Source of the DNA: a virus | Lineage: Duplodnaviria; Heunggongvirae; Uroviricota; Caudoviricetes | Strand: one strand, 5' to 3' | Length of the DNA stretch: 52,239 nt | IMG/VR virus record: IMGVR_UViG_3300006033_000017 | In this document: piece after piece, positions 8,288 through 16,254 of the stretch | Layout: every line of letters starts with the position of its first letter | Position numbering within the stretch: position 1 is the first letter of the stretch | Notes under the pieces: model-generated | Told to the model about the DNA's origin: nothing | Database searches by the model: none | Seen by the model: the letters and a program-made list of their open reading frames with translations, nothing else | Position numbers and translations under genes: made by a program

Positions 8288-8555
8288 GTCGGCTTTCACC
8301 CCGCCTCCCAGGCCATTCGTAGACCTGTGGTGCGCGCCCGCGTAGACGCCGAGCCGTAATAGCCTTTTCCTCAAGCTCCCGCATCTTTCGCGTAATGTCT
8401 GTCAGTTCATCAGAAAATCCACCCATAATATCTTGGAGTACTTCATCTTCTGAATTCCTAAACATCTTCTGTAGCTTGTCAAACTTGAAACGTAATTGGA
8501 GAAGTTGCTTACGTCGATCTGCAAGAAAGACATCCTGAGGAGTAGTTACCATCAT
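8274..8555 (-). CDS. small coiled-coil-like hypothetical protein
   Basis: start MMVTT with SD GGAGGT; helical heptad-like composition. Confidence 0.7.
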   Translation of the reverse strand: MMVTTPQDVFLADRRKQLLQLRFKFDKLQKMFRNSEDEVLQDIMGGFSDELTDITRKMRELEEKAITARRLRGRAPQVYEWPGRRGESRLEGS

Positions 8556-8577
8556 CGCACCTCCACCTATATCTTTC

Positions 8578-8606
8578 ATTATAGCGCATCGGACGACCTC
8601 TTGAAA
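8578..8606 (-). promoter_or_regulatory. promoter divergent from the ncRNA locus
   Basis: TTTCAA-17-TATAAT, back to back with the plus-strand promoter at 8613. Confidence 0.6.
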
Positions 8607-8612
8607 TGCCCC

Positions 8613-8642
8613 TTGACACCCCCAGGTTCGCCGTGCTATGAT
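8613..8642 (+). promoter_or_regulatory. sigma70-type promoter P1 pointing into ORF-free DNA
   Basis: TTGACA-18-TATGAT with TG extension. Confidence 0.8.
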
Positions 8643-8648
8643 CAAATT

Positions 8649-8817
8649 GTGGGGCAGGAGTTGTCGCCTGCTTCACATGAGCCCTGGTTCTTTCCTCCTT
8701 TCTATCAGGGCTCCGCGAACAACCAGAAGGTAGACTATGTACGGGCCTCTCTCTAAGGCCCCCCACCTTGGCCCGTACAACCCCAATCCCCTAGTCTCCC
8801 TTCTGGTTGCGCCCGCG
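8649..8817 (+). ncRNA. candidate structured small RNA with anti-SD loop
   Basis: Stems 8649-58/8667-76, 8679-87/8705-13, 8720-30/8799-809, 8732-37/8792-97, 8738-47/8770-79; three G-U pairs valid only on the plus strand; begins at predicted +1. Confidence 0.65.
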
Positions 8818-8851
8818 TCCAAGTCACTCCAAAACTCACCCGAAATTCCCC

Positions 8852-8880
8852 TTGACACCTTCGACACCTAGCGCTATAAT
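8852..8880 (+). promoter_or_regulatory. consensus sigma70 promoter P2
   Basis: TTGACA-17-TATAAT, then AAGAGT-A. Confidence 0.9.
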
Positions 8881-8886
8881 AAGAGT

Positions 8887-9179
8887 ATGGAACAGGGCAC
8901 GTCACCCAGAACCTGGCGAGACAACGCCTAATCACCGGGTTTGATAGTATTTCCCGTAAAATATCCCATCCCCTTTCTTTCTCTTTGTCATGGGTTAATA
9001 TACTAAAGAGCGTTTAAACCAGAGTTCGATAAAACATACTGGCAGTAAAATGGTAGTAATCCGCTCAGTGATTCTACTCGGCCCGCAAAGTCGTTAGCTT
9101 AGACGGAGCAACTTGCAAGTAGACAAACGGGGTGAACCGAAACCTGTACAGATTAGGTTCGCCCCGCTACTCCCCTTTT
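8887..9179 (+). ncRNA. candidate second small RNA with leaderless 14-codon ORF (8887-8931)
   Basis: Follows P2; ends in 11-bp hairpin 9128-38/9156-66 then CCCCTTTT; no long ORF. Confidence 0.45.
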
Positions 9180-9428
9180 ACAAAATTGATGCCAAACGGA
9201 TCGCCAATCCCAAAAGCATCATAGTTGATAGTAATGTAACAACTATACAAACATTGCCCCGATCTTACTTTAGGGTGACGTTAGTAAGCGCTGATATTGT
9301 AGTGTTGGCGATATAACTGCTACATCTCCTTATCCAAGAGTTGGATAACGTGCATTGTGGACCGACCCAACGTCATTGGGGAAACTCAGGCAGTACATGT
9401 CTTTAAGCTCGGCAAGCTACAGTACAAC

Positions 9429-9467
9429 GGAAACGGGCAGCCACCTGATCAGTGGCTGCCCGTTTCC
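9429..9467. terminator. perfect 16-bp inverted repeat, probable terminator or processing hairpin
   Basis: GGAAACGGGCAGCCAC-ctgatca-GTGGCTGCCCGTTTCC, just 3' of minus ORF 9497-9826. Confidence 0.65.
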
Positions 9468-9496
9468 ATTTACACCAATGCTACATGCAGATCGTG

Positions 9497-9826
9497 TCAC
9501 CCAAGCCCTAATCGATACTCCCTCAATGACTCTACTGGCTTGTACATCACTAGGATATCAAACGCCCAGTCATTGCTCACTACATACCCCGATCCAAGCT
9601 CAGGCTCAAAATCAGTCCGCCACCTCAATCCAGTTACTGGCCCTACACCTAACATATCTACCGCATTGTTTGCCAACTCAATGAAGTAACTAGCATGTCC
9701 CCTCAACTTATTCTGATCAATCCGATCAAACAACGTCTCATCTACATGCTCAAAGTAAATCCGTGGCTTACGATTCCTGGGCTTCTCACGAGTCTGTACC
9801 CGCGTTACTAGATACCCGATTGCCAT
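9497..9826 (-). CDS. hypothetical protein
   Basis: 109 aa, co-oriented. Confidence 0.7.
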   Translation of the reverse strand: MAIGYLVTRVQTREKPRNRKPRIYFEHVDETLFDRIDQNKLRGHASYFIELANNAVDMLGVGPVTGLRWRTDFEPELGSGYVVSNDWAFDILVMYKPVESLREYRLGLG

Positions 9827-9830
9827 CTCT

Positions 9831-10082
9831 TTACTTCCCTTCCTCTACCTCTGCCTGGGATTCCAACTCTTCAGGTGTAGTGATCTTGTAAACGAACTCC
9901 TTGGTCGGCATCAAATGTCCAACAATGGCTTCACTCACATACCCAGTTTGTGGTACACCATCCGTCGTGTCAAACCAGTAAGTGAATTCACCATCAGGAC
10001 TAATCTCATACTCTTGTACCAACAAGAGATTAATCAGCCGAACACTCCCATCATCGAACGTCACTGCAATGAATGTTTCCAT
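9831..10082 (-). CDS. hypothetical protein
   Basis: 83 aa, SD upstream. Confidence 0.7.
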   Translation of the reverse strand: METFIAVTFDDGSVRLINLLLVQEYEISPDGEFTYWFDTTDGVPQTGYVSEAIVGHLMPTKEFVYKITTPEELESQAEVEEGK

Positions 10083-10095
10083 CTCTATCTACCTT

Positions 10096-10647
10096 TCAGT
10101 CTGTGATGAAAAACTTAAGATCCTTCCAGCCAGTAGGATTAGTGAGTTCCTCATACTGGTCAATCTTAAAGAATTGAGGAGGGGTGATCTTGAACAGAGG
10201 GTGAATCTCCTCCGACCTACTCTTCATAAACCTCACCACGGCTTCATGGAACCTCTGTTCCGCCGCCGCTGCATCAACACGTTCCTGCAAATAGATGTTA
10301 GTCAACGCTCGACTGTATCGGGTAAGGTCTTCCTTGATGATTCGAACTGCCTGCTCAGCCTCAAAGATCAAAAAGTTCCGCTTAGCAACCTCAAGATACC
10401 AAGCATCCTCCAGCATCGCCAAAGTAGCTCTAGTCTCTTTTAGCTTCGCTTGACCCTCCTTAAGTAGATACTCCAAACTCTTCTTCAGTTCATGAGTATT
10501 CAGTACGTTACTAGTAGGCAGGTTATCCAATACCCAATCCTGTCCAAAGAATCGCCCGCGCGGCGTAGCAGCAGAACCATGCTTAACCAAATACGCAGCA
10601 ACCAACTGATCCTTGTTAATGTCACTCACTGTAGTTCTCCTTTGCAC
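10096..10647 (-). CDS. hypothetical helical protein
   Basis: 183 aa open frame. Confidence 0.7.
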   Translation of the reverse strand: MQRRTTVSDINKDQLVAAYLVKHGSAATPRGRFFGQDWVLDNLPTSNVLNTHELKKSLEYLLKEGQAKLKETRATLAMLEDAWYLEVAKRNFLIFEAEQAVRIIKEDLTRYSRALTNIYLQERVDAAAAEQRFHEAVVRFMKSRSEEIHPLFKITPPQFFKIDQYEELTNPTGWKDLKFFITD

Positions 10648-11065
10648 CCATCGTCGCCCGCATACTGTTAATCAACCACTTCTCAGAAACACATCGTTGC
10701 TCACCAATCACAACGGTCTGATTGTAATCAAACTCCGCAGGCGTAATTCCACTATTACCTTCCAGGATTACTTCAACTGCACGATCAAATATCGCCAACC
10801 GTATAGCTTCAGGAACCATTGACGCTCGAATCATATTGTAAACATCACCGATCAACCCATCAATAGTATCCATGACTTCAGGGTCTTGAGGCATACGAAC
10901 AACTACCTCCCGCAATACCTGCGTCTCATTACGCAACTGGTATACCGCAAACTCTGAACTCCTCATATCACCCTGTACGCAGTCCAGGATATATACATAT
11001 GCCTCTTCAGCTTCTTCGTCCTGGAACTCAATCACAACATTACCATTCCGTAGTACCTTCAACAT
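10622..11065 (-). CDS. hypothetical protein
   Basis: 147 aa open frame. Confidence 0.7.
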   Translation of the reverse strand: MLKVLRNGNVVIEFQDEEAEEAYVYILDCVQGDMRSSEFAVYQLRNETQVLREVVVRMPQDPEVMDTIDGLIGDVYNMIRASMVPEAIRLAIFDRAVEVILEGNSGITPAEFDYNQTVVIGEQRCVSEKWLINSMRATMGAKENYSE

Positions 11066-11129
11066 GATGTTTCCTTTTGCTTTCTAGAAACTCCCACCGG
11101 GAATTTAGACTTTTACTTGACTTATCCGA

Positions 11130-11501
11130 TTAGTACTCACTGGGTAGATAAATCACCATCACCGGCTTTCCACTACAAACCCCTGCGTCACAATACAAGA
11201 CCAACTCTTCAAACGGACTATCAGTGTACTCTACCTCTTGCTTGTACAAAATCCGCCCAGGTCGATCATCCATCCCCTCTACTACACACCCTCTGCCAAT
11301 TCGCTTCATTACCCACACCTGAAACTCTTCACCCTTCAACTCAGACTGTACACTAGCAATGATGTCCAGCAACCAAGCATGTTCATTGTCCCGCAAATAC
11401 TGCCCACCATCACTACACACCACCCCTGGCATTACCGCGTAATACTGATCAGTTCCAGTAAACCCGTTCAGTACATGCTGCATCTCCTCTAGCTTACTCA
11501 T
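11130..11501 (-). CDS. DUF6876-like protein
   Basis: FTGTDQYY...WLLDIIAS.Q...EFQVW...Q.VEYTD.P...LPSEY pattern. Confidence 0.75.
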   Translation of the reverse strand: MSKLEEMQHVLNGFTGTDQYYAVMPGVVCSDGGQYLRDNEHAWLLDIIASVQSELKGEEFQVWVMKRIGRGCVVEGMDDRPGRILYKQEVEYTDSPFEELVLYCDAGVCSGKPVMVIYLPSEY

Positions 11502-11522
11502 CTCCGTCTCCTTACATACGCC

Positions 11523-12194
11523 TCACATGCACATCGCACCGTTCTTAACTTTGCCACCAAACTTCACCGGCATAGTCTCACAGTATTCACCATTAGCAGC
11601 ACACCACGGACAGTAACTCGCAGGCTTATACATCTTCTCCCGCGCCTCTGCCATATTCTTTACCGTGATCCCCCACGGCATCTTCAAGTAGCTCTCATTC
11701 CCTTGATCTACTTCATCCGCTCGATACTCCATGTACAAATCATCTAGATTCCAGTGCGCCCTACACACTACCGCAATCCCTGTAGGTGACAACGTAGGCG
11801 ATGTGTACTCTTGATCTCGACAAGGAATCAAATCATTGTTGATAACCAATGCCTCTGTACACACACCACCCGTCTTATCCCAGAGAACACTATCTCGACA
11901 AGTCTTGACTTCACTAAGATCCTCAAACCCAATCCAGTACAACCAACTAGTCCTGATGATCTCACCTTCACTATTAAGGATTGGCTTAGTCCAGATACCT
12001 AGCCTCGCTAGTTCTTCATCACTCAATCCCCACTTGTCGTAACTGTCACTCATCAACCCACCATTAAGTACATGGCGCAGTCGATACTCTTCTTCTACTG
12101 CTGCCCACATCTTCTCTTTACGCGATACAGTACCATGACTGTACCGCCACATCTTTAGTTCATAACGAGTCGCTACGTAGTCGTTTCCAGCCAT
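11523..12194 (-). CDS. hypothetical protein
   Basis: 223 aa directly downstream of promoter 12215-12244. Confidence 0.75.
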   Translation of the reverse strand: MAGNDYVATRYELKMWRYSHGTVSRKEKMWAAVEEEYRLRHVLNGGLMSDSYDKWGLSDEELARLGIWTKPILNSEGEIIRTSWLYWIGFEDLSEVKTCRDSVLWDKTGGVCTEALVINNDLIPCRDQEYTSPTLSPTGIAVVCRAHWNLDDLYMEYRADEVDQGNESYLKMPWGITVKNMAEAREKMYKPASYCPWCAANGEYCETMPVKFGGKVKNGAMCM

Positions 12195-12214
12195 GGTCGG
12201 ATCCCTCTATCCTT

Positions 12215-12244
12215 ATGGTACCACACCCCCAGCCCGCCTGTCAA
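12215..12244 (-). promoter_or_regulatory. sigma70-type promoter
   Basis: TTGACA-18-TACCAT, GTGTGG before -10, then AAGGAT-A. Confidence 0.8.
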
Positions 12245-12890
12245 GCCCTGAGAGGCCACGAACCGGCAGGTTCCCTTATGGGTATATCGAATCCGGCAGG
12301 ATTATCTATAGAAACCCCTGTATTGGCCCGTATAGTTACTATTATCTGTAATAATTGAAGAGTAACTGTTTCTTTATTGGAAGTTTATTGAGATGTTTAT
12401 TTGGGGCGTAGATTTCGACGCTAAACCAATCCACCCTATTACTTACCAAAGTTATTTTGTGCCTACGTCGCTCAGTTACTAGCGTTGCTAAGGAATTAAC
12501 TTCGCAAATTAAGATCCTACATGCTAAAGTAAACAATGGGTCAATTTGATGTAAACTTCGTTTGGGACTAAATGGGGAAATGTGTGAACAAATGGGGATG
12601 GTGGTCAAAACAGGAACAGAAAGGGGAATATGTGATATGAGATGAAGTCTATTAGTAATCAACGAGTCACGATACCAAGTATATAAATGGATCACAAGGG
12701 CTTAAAAGACTTAAAAAGGGAGATACTCCAATGAGGACAACTACTAAGACAACTACTAAGACAACTAGTGATAATCAATCTCGTACTACACCAGTAGTTA
12801 CTAATCAAGATACTAATCAAGATACTAGTAACTCTATTCGTAATCGACCTCATGCTATTCGTAATCAAGTAATAGCAATAAATGGGAAGA
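12245..12890. other. candidate replication origin (GC-skew inversion, AT-rich intergenic DNA, short repeats)
   Basis: Plus strand C-rich to the left, G-rich to the right; about 480 bp without a credible ORF; TTTATT x3 near 12371-12404; CCGGCAGG x2. Confidence 0.5.
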
Positions 12891-13780
12891 ACTGGGAGGT
12901 TATAGGTAAGAGGGAAGTAGAGCTTAATGGAGTTGTATACAAGAAGCTAGTTAGTAAGAGAGTAAAAGAAGGAGGGGATTATCAGAGGAGGATTGATATA
13001 CAGGAGATGATGGGGAAGTGTTTTGTTTCGGGCGGCGATTCCAGGATTAAGTTGAAGGGTAGAGATAGTACAGAGTTCAATAAGATTTGGGAAGTCGTGA
13101 ATAGAGAATCAGTAACGTTATCAGGTAAGGGGTCGTGTGAGTTCATATACAAGACAGTGACTGATTTGGTTAGGGAATCTAAGGAATCTAAGGATAAAGT
13201 GTTTAGGATTTTAGAGATAGGTAGATTTGGGGGCGGGACGACGAAGTTAATGAGTAGGATCGCAGGGGTCACAGAGGTAGTGAGCATAGACAAGGGGACT
13301 AGCAGAGAAGAGTTAGAGTCATGGGCTAAGGGTTCATGGGTGAGTGAAGAAGTATCTAGATATTTCTTGGGGGTCATGGAAAAGCTAGAGTCATATTTGC
13401 CTGGGTATACCAGTGTAGAGGCAGTGGCTCAGGTATGTATCAATGAGTCTAATGTGACTTTGATTACAGGGGATAGTGCTGAGATTGATTACAGTTCACT
13501 GGGGGAATTTGATTTTGTATTTATAGATGGGGATCATAGTGAGGCGATGGCTTTACTAGATATGGAGAACTGTTGGGGGATTTTGAGGCCGGGCGGGGTT
13601 ATGATTTTGGATGATTACAATTTATGGCTCAAGGATACGAGATCGGTGAATGGGGTAGATTTGGCTACTGGCACGTTTCTAAGGGCGCACTGTAGCGACG
13701 GGGATGGTGGAGACGGTACGGTATGGAGTTACGGGGGCGTCGATGCGTGGAACGCTATGGTGTGGATTAGAAAGGGGTAG
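12731..13780 (+). CDS. class I SAM-dependent methyltransferase (Methyltransf_24-like) with repetitive N-terminal extension
   Basis: ILEIGRFGGGTT (motif I), FDFVFIDGDHS, LRPGGVMILDDY; SD AAGGGAG. Confidence 0.85.
   Translation: MRTTTKTTTKTTSDNQSRTTPVVTNQDTNQDTSNSIRNRPHAIRNQVIAINGKNWEVIGKREVELNGVVYKKLVSKRVKEGGDYQRRIDIQEMMGKCFVSGGDSRIKLKGRDSTEFNKIWEVVNRESVTLSGKGSCEFIYKTVTDLVRESKESKDKVFRILEIGRFGGGTTKLMSRIAGVTEVVSIDKGTSREELESWAKGSWVSEEVSRYFLGVMEKLESYLPGYTSVEAVAQVCINESNVTLITGDSAEIDYSSLGEFDFVFIDGDHSEAMALLDMENCWGILRPGGVMILDDYNLWLKDTRSVNGVDLATGTFLRAHCSDGDGGDGTVWSYGGVDAWNAMVWIRKG
12736..12866. repeat. three sets of 12-bp direct repeats
   Basis: GACAACTACTAA x2 plus partial (12736-67), TACTAATCAAGA x2 (12799-822), CTATTCGTAATC x2 (12834-45, 12855-66). 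Confidence 0.9.
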
Positions 13781-13849
13781 GGGGCGCGCGGGGATAATGA
13801 ATGGCATCAAGCCCTCATCTATAAGTATTGGCATTTTCTTAGTCCTAAC

Positions 13850-14617
13850 TCATTGGCTAGTTTGAATTGTTTCTAGGATATCATCCTCATTAAAGTACAA
13901 GAAAGAGCTATATCCATAGCACCATTGTTCGCGACTATGATATTTTCCCATAATAGTAAATGAGGTAGTGTGGACTCTTTCGGGTGCGCCCCACGACAGT
14001 TTGGCTTGTTCTTTTGTCATTCCGATATGGACACTTTTCTTGGCTATGGTGGAGCAAGTTCTCTTACTCCAGTCCTTATGTTTCAGCCATATCCTACCTG
14101 CCTTACTTTCCATAAAGTCTTTATCGGAGAGGATGTTAAGTTCATCGAGACTAGATTTGATGTCGGAGTTATTAGGTTCTAGTGTAAGGGCTTGTTGCCA
14201 ACATTCCTTAGCTTTATCTAGGTCACCAGCTTGTTTTGCCTGCGCGCCATTTTCCCATAGCTGGCGTACTTGAGCTATGTTAGGTCTATCGACTTGACGT
14301 GCATGGCGGTTATTCTCATTAAGCCCCGTAAAAAGTCCTGGTAAGAAGATAAGGGTTAAACAACCGGCAGCTATAGCATCTTTTTGCGATTGCTGCTTAG
14401 CCACATACCAATATATAAAGGCTAGGATAATACATAGGATGCCTGAGAGCGGAGCAGGCATCAGAAGAAGAACGCCGACGAAGAACAAGAGGCAGCCACA
14501 ACCAGAATATCCAGAGTATTCCTGCTTTTGTTTTGCTGTTTTCTTGTCGTATTCTTCTTTACAGATGTTACAGAAACCGGCTTGGTTCCATTCCCTACCG
14601 CATCTTTGGCATATCAT
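13850..14617 (-). CDS. membrane protein with zinc ribbon, TPR and SmpA/BamE-like C-terminal domain
   Basis: CQRC...CNIC; TM helices; GDLDKAKECWQQALTLEPNN (TPR); IGMTKEQAKLSWGAP...EQWCY. Confidence 0.6.
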   Translation of the reverse strand: MICQRCGREWNQAGFCNICKEEYDKKTAKQKQEYSGYSGCGCLLFFVGVLLLMPAPLSGILCIILAFIYWYVAKQQSQKDAIAAGCLTLIFLPGLFTGLNENNRHARQVDRPNIAQVRQLWENGAQAKQAGDLDKAKECWQQALTLEPNNSDIKSSLDELNILSDKDFMESKAGRIWLKHKDWSKRTCSTIAKKSVHIGMTKEQAKLSWGAPERVHTTSFTIMGKYHSREQWCYGYSSFLYFNEDDILETIQTSQ

Positions 14618-14638
14618 AGTTATTCCTTAATTGCTTAG

Positions 14639-14863
14639 CTATTTACCAATCACCGCTAAGATAGTTGGATCGTCTTTGGTATTAATGGTGACATTGAGTT
14701 TGATTGGGAATTGTTGTTGTTTTAGTTGTTGTCGTTGGACACGGGTACAGACACAGACATAGGGGTAGATTAGAGGCGCGGCGGCAGTTAGGATGCCAAG
14801 TAAGAGACAGGCAGTGCCTATATGGTTGGGTGTTAAGTGATGATGTTTCATGACCATTCCCAT
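14639..14863 (-). CDS. small membrane protein
   Basis: 74 aa, one TM. Confidence 0.55.
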   Translation of the reverse strand: MGMVMKHHHLTPNHIGTACLLLGILTAAAPLIYPYVCVCTRVQRQQLKQQQFPIKLNVTINTKDDPTILAVIGK

Positions 14864-15283
14864 TTAGGAATCACAGGAATCAAATGATACTAACATATCA
14901 TACAGGGCTTTGAGGTTAAAGCCTCTATATGAATACTCTCTGTAGTTACCATAGTAGTCATCGCCCCAAAATCTTGTGTTTTCGCTAACTAGGGACATAA
15001 TATTCATCCACTGATCGTGAGAGAGTTTATAGGAGTCGGTTACAATTTCGAGTACAGTATCTGGGGGTTCGGGGTCGCCGCCTATTTCATAAGCCTTATT
15101 GCCCCAACAACTGCCGCCTGTTGCTTCGTTGTATAGCCAAGATTTAACGAGGTAGCGGTCCTGCATATCGAGGTAGCATTGAGTTTCGTCCTGAAGTGAA
15201 TCGGCTATGTACTCACAATCGGGGTATTGTTCAATGGTCTGTTCTAGTTTTGATATAAACTGTTCCCAGGTCATTGGCATCAT
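14864..15283 (-). CDS. hypothetical phage protein
   Basis: 139 aa; TGGSCW and DYYGN motifs. Confidence 0.7.
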   Translation of the reverse strand: MMPMTWEQFISKLEQTIEQYPDCEYIADSLQDETQCYLDMQDRYLVKSWLYNEATGGSCWGNKAYEIGGDPEPPDTVLEIVTDSYKLSHDQWMNIMSLVSENTRFWGDDYYGNYREYSYRGFNLKALYDMLVSFDSCDS

Positions 15284-15660
15284 TGTTCAACTTTATCAGG
15301 GAATTCCAGGTTAATGGCTAGCTTATCTGATCTTGGGGTAGAAGTTACGATTACACAGGCGTTATTGATTTGATACACTGAGAAATTGGGGTTAGAATAG
15401 ATTTTTGAGAAGCCATTTGCTTTTAGTTGTTGTTCGATGTTAGTTTTATTGCGTTCGAGTCTTTCGGCTATTTGCGCATTGCGTCGGGGCGCGGTGTAGA
15501 TATCATAGTTCAGCCTACCGGCAGTAATTACTGTTATGGCTAGACCAGTGACGACAAGGATATAGCCTGAATTGCTGCCTATTTCTTTGGTCAACTCGTT
15601 CCCGAGCCAAGCGATAAGGATACCACAGATCAAGAGCACGACCAATGTTGCTGTCCACAT
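15280..15660 (-). CDS. 2-TM membrane protein, paralog family member 1
   Basis: two N-terminal TMs; C-terminus LKANG...INLEFP. Confidence 0.75.
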   Translation of the reverse strand: MWTATLVVLLICGILIAWLGNELTKEIGSNSGYILVVTGLAITVITAGRLNYDIYTAPRRNAQIAERLERNKTNIEQQLKANGFSKIYSNPNFSVYQINNACVIVTSTPRSDKLAINLEFPDKVEQ

Positions 15661-15692
15661 ATTGTTTTCCTAGTAGTATTTGAGCCACATAC

Positions 15693-15815
15693 TTACTTAA
15701 AGCGAGTAGGGTTTTGTCGTCGTCTTAGTTCTTGCGCGGCGCGCTCAGGAGCGTTGATTGCTAGGACTATGGCTATTACAGACAAGGTGATTGATACGAG
15801 ATCATATATGGTCAT
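15693..15815 (-). CDS. 40-aa membrane peptide
   Basis: MTIYDLVSITLSVIAIVLAINAPERAAQELRRRQNPTRFK fills the gap between co-oriented genes. Confidence 0.5.
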   Translation of the reverse strand: MTIYDLVSITLSVIAIVLAINAPERAAQELRRRQNPTRFK

Positions 15816-15829
15816 GAAGACGCTCCTAG

Positions 15830-16237
15830 CTATTGTTGTTCTGCTTTGTTGTCGCTGTTATCACTAGGGAATTCTAGGGAAACAACTGGCTCCCTGGAAT
15901 TAGGTGAATTAGTAATGATGATAGTGATCTGATTGAGTTGAATCGCAGTAGAGGAATCATTGGCGTAGAGTTGTTTACCGCCATGGGCTTCTAGTTTAGA
16001 GGCTAAGGTTTTTCTGCTATGTTGGGCTTGGTTTTGCTCGGCGGCGCGGCCCTGTTGCATTTTCTTGTAGCCGATGCCATTTAGGTAATTGATAAAACCT
16101 AACAAGGAGACTGCGAGACAGAAGGCACCAATGGTGACACCGATGTACCCGAATATATCCTCAGCATATGTTTCCATGCAGTGGTAGCTAATAGCGACGA
16201 TAATGAAGCCTATGATAGCTACGATAATCATCCACAT
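15830..16237 (-). CDS. 2-TM membrane protein, paralog family member 2
   Basis: two TMs; LEAHG...VSLEFP. Confidence 0.75.
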   Translation of the reverse strand: MWMIIVAIIGFIIVAISYHCMETYAEDIFGYIGVTIGAFCLAVSLLGFINYLNGIGYKKMQQGRAAEQNQAQHSRKTLASKLEAHGGKQLYANDSSTAIQLNQITIIITNSPNSREPVVSLEFPSDNSDNKAEQQ

Positions 16238-16254
16238 AGTAATTCCTTTACCTC

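Noticed and set aside
9160-9181. Minus-strand AAAAGGGGAGTAGC resembles the start of the yybP-ykoY riboswitch
   Set aside because: The downstream conserved elements (GTCGTCA, CCGGC, CAAGACC) are absent and the G-U pairing favours the plus strand
8640-9350. tmRNA, RNase P, SRP, 6S or group I intron as explanation for the structured region
   Set aside because: No tRNA-like ends or T-loop and no RNase P or SRP signature; AGACTA/TAGTCT alone is too short for a group I core
12581-12591. DnaA-box-like TGTGAACAA
   Set aside because: Single imperfect copy, expected by chance
12342-12695. 117-aa minus ORF in the candidate origin
   Set aside because: No RBS, atypical composition, lies in AT-rich repeat DNA
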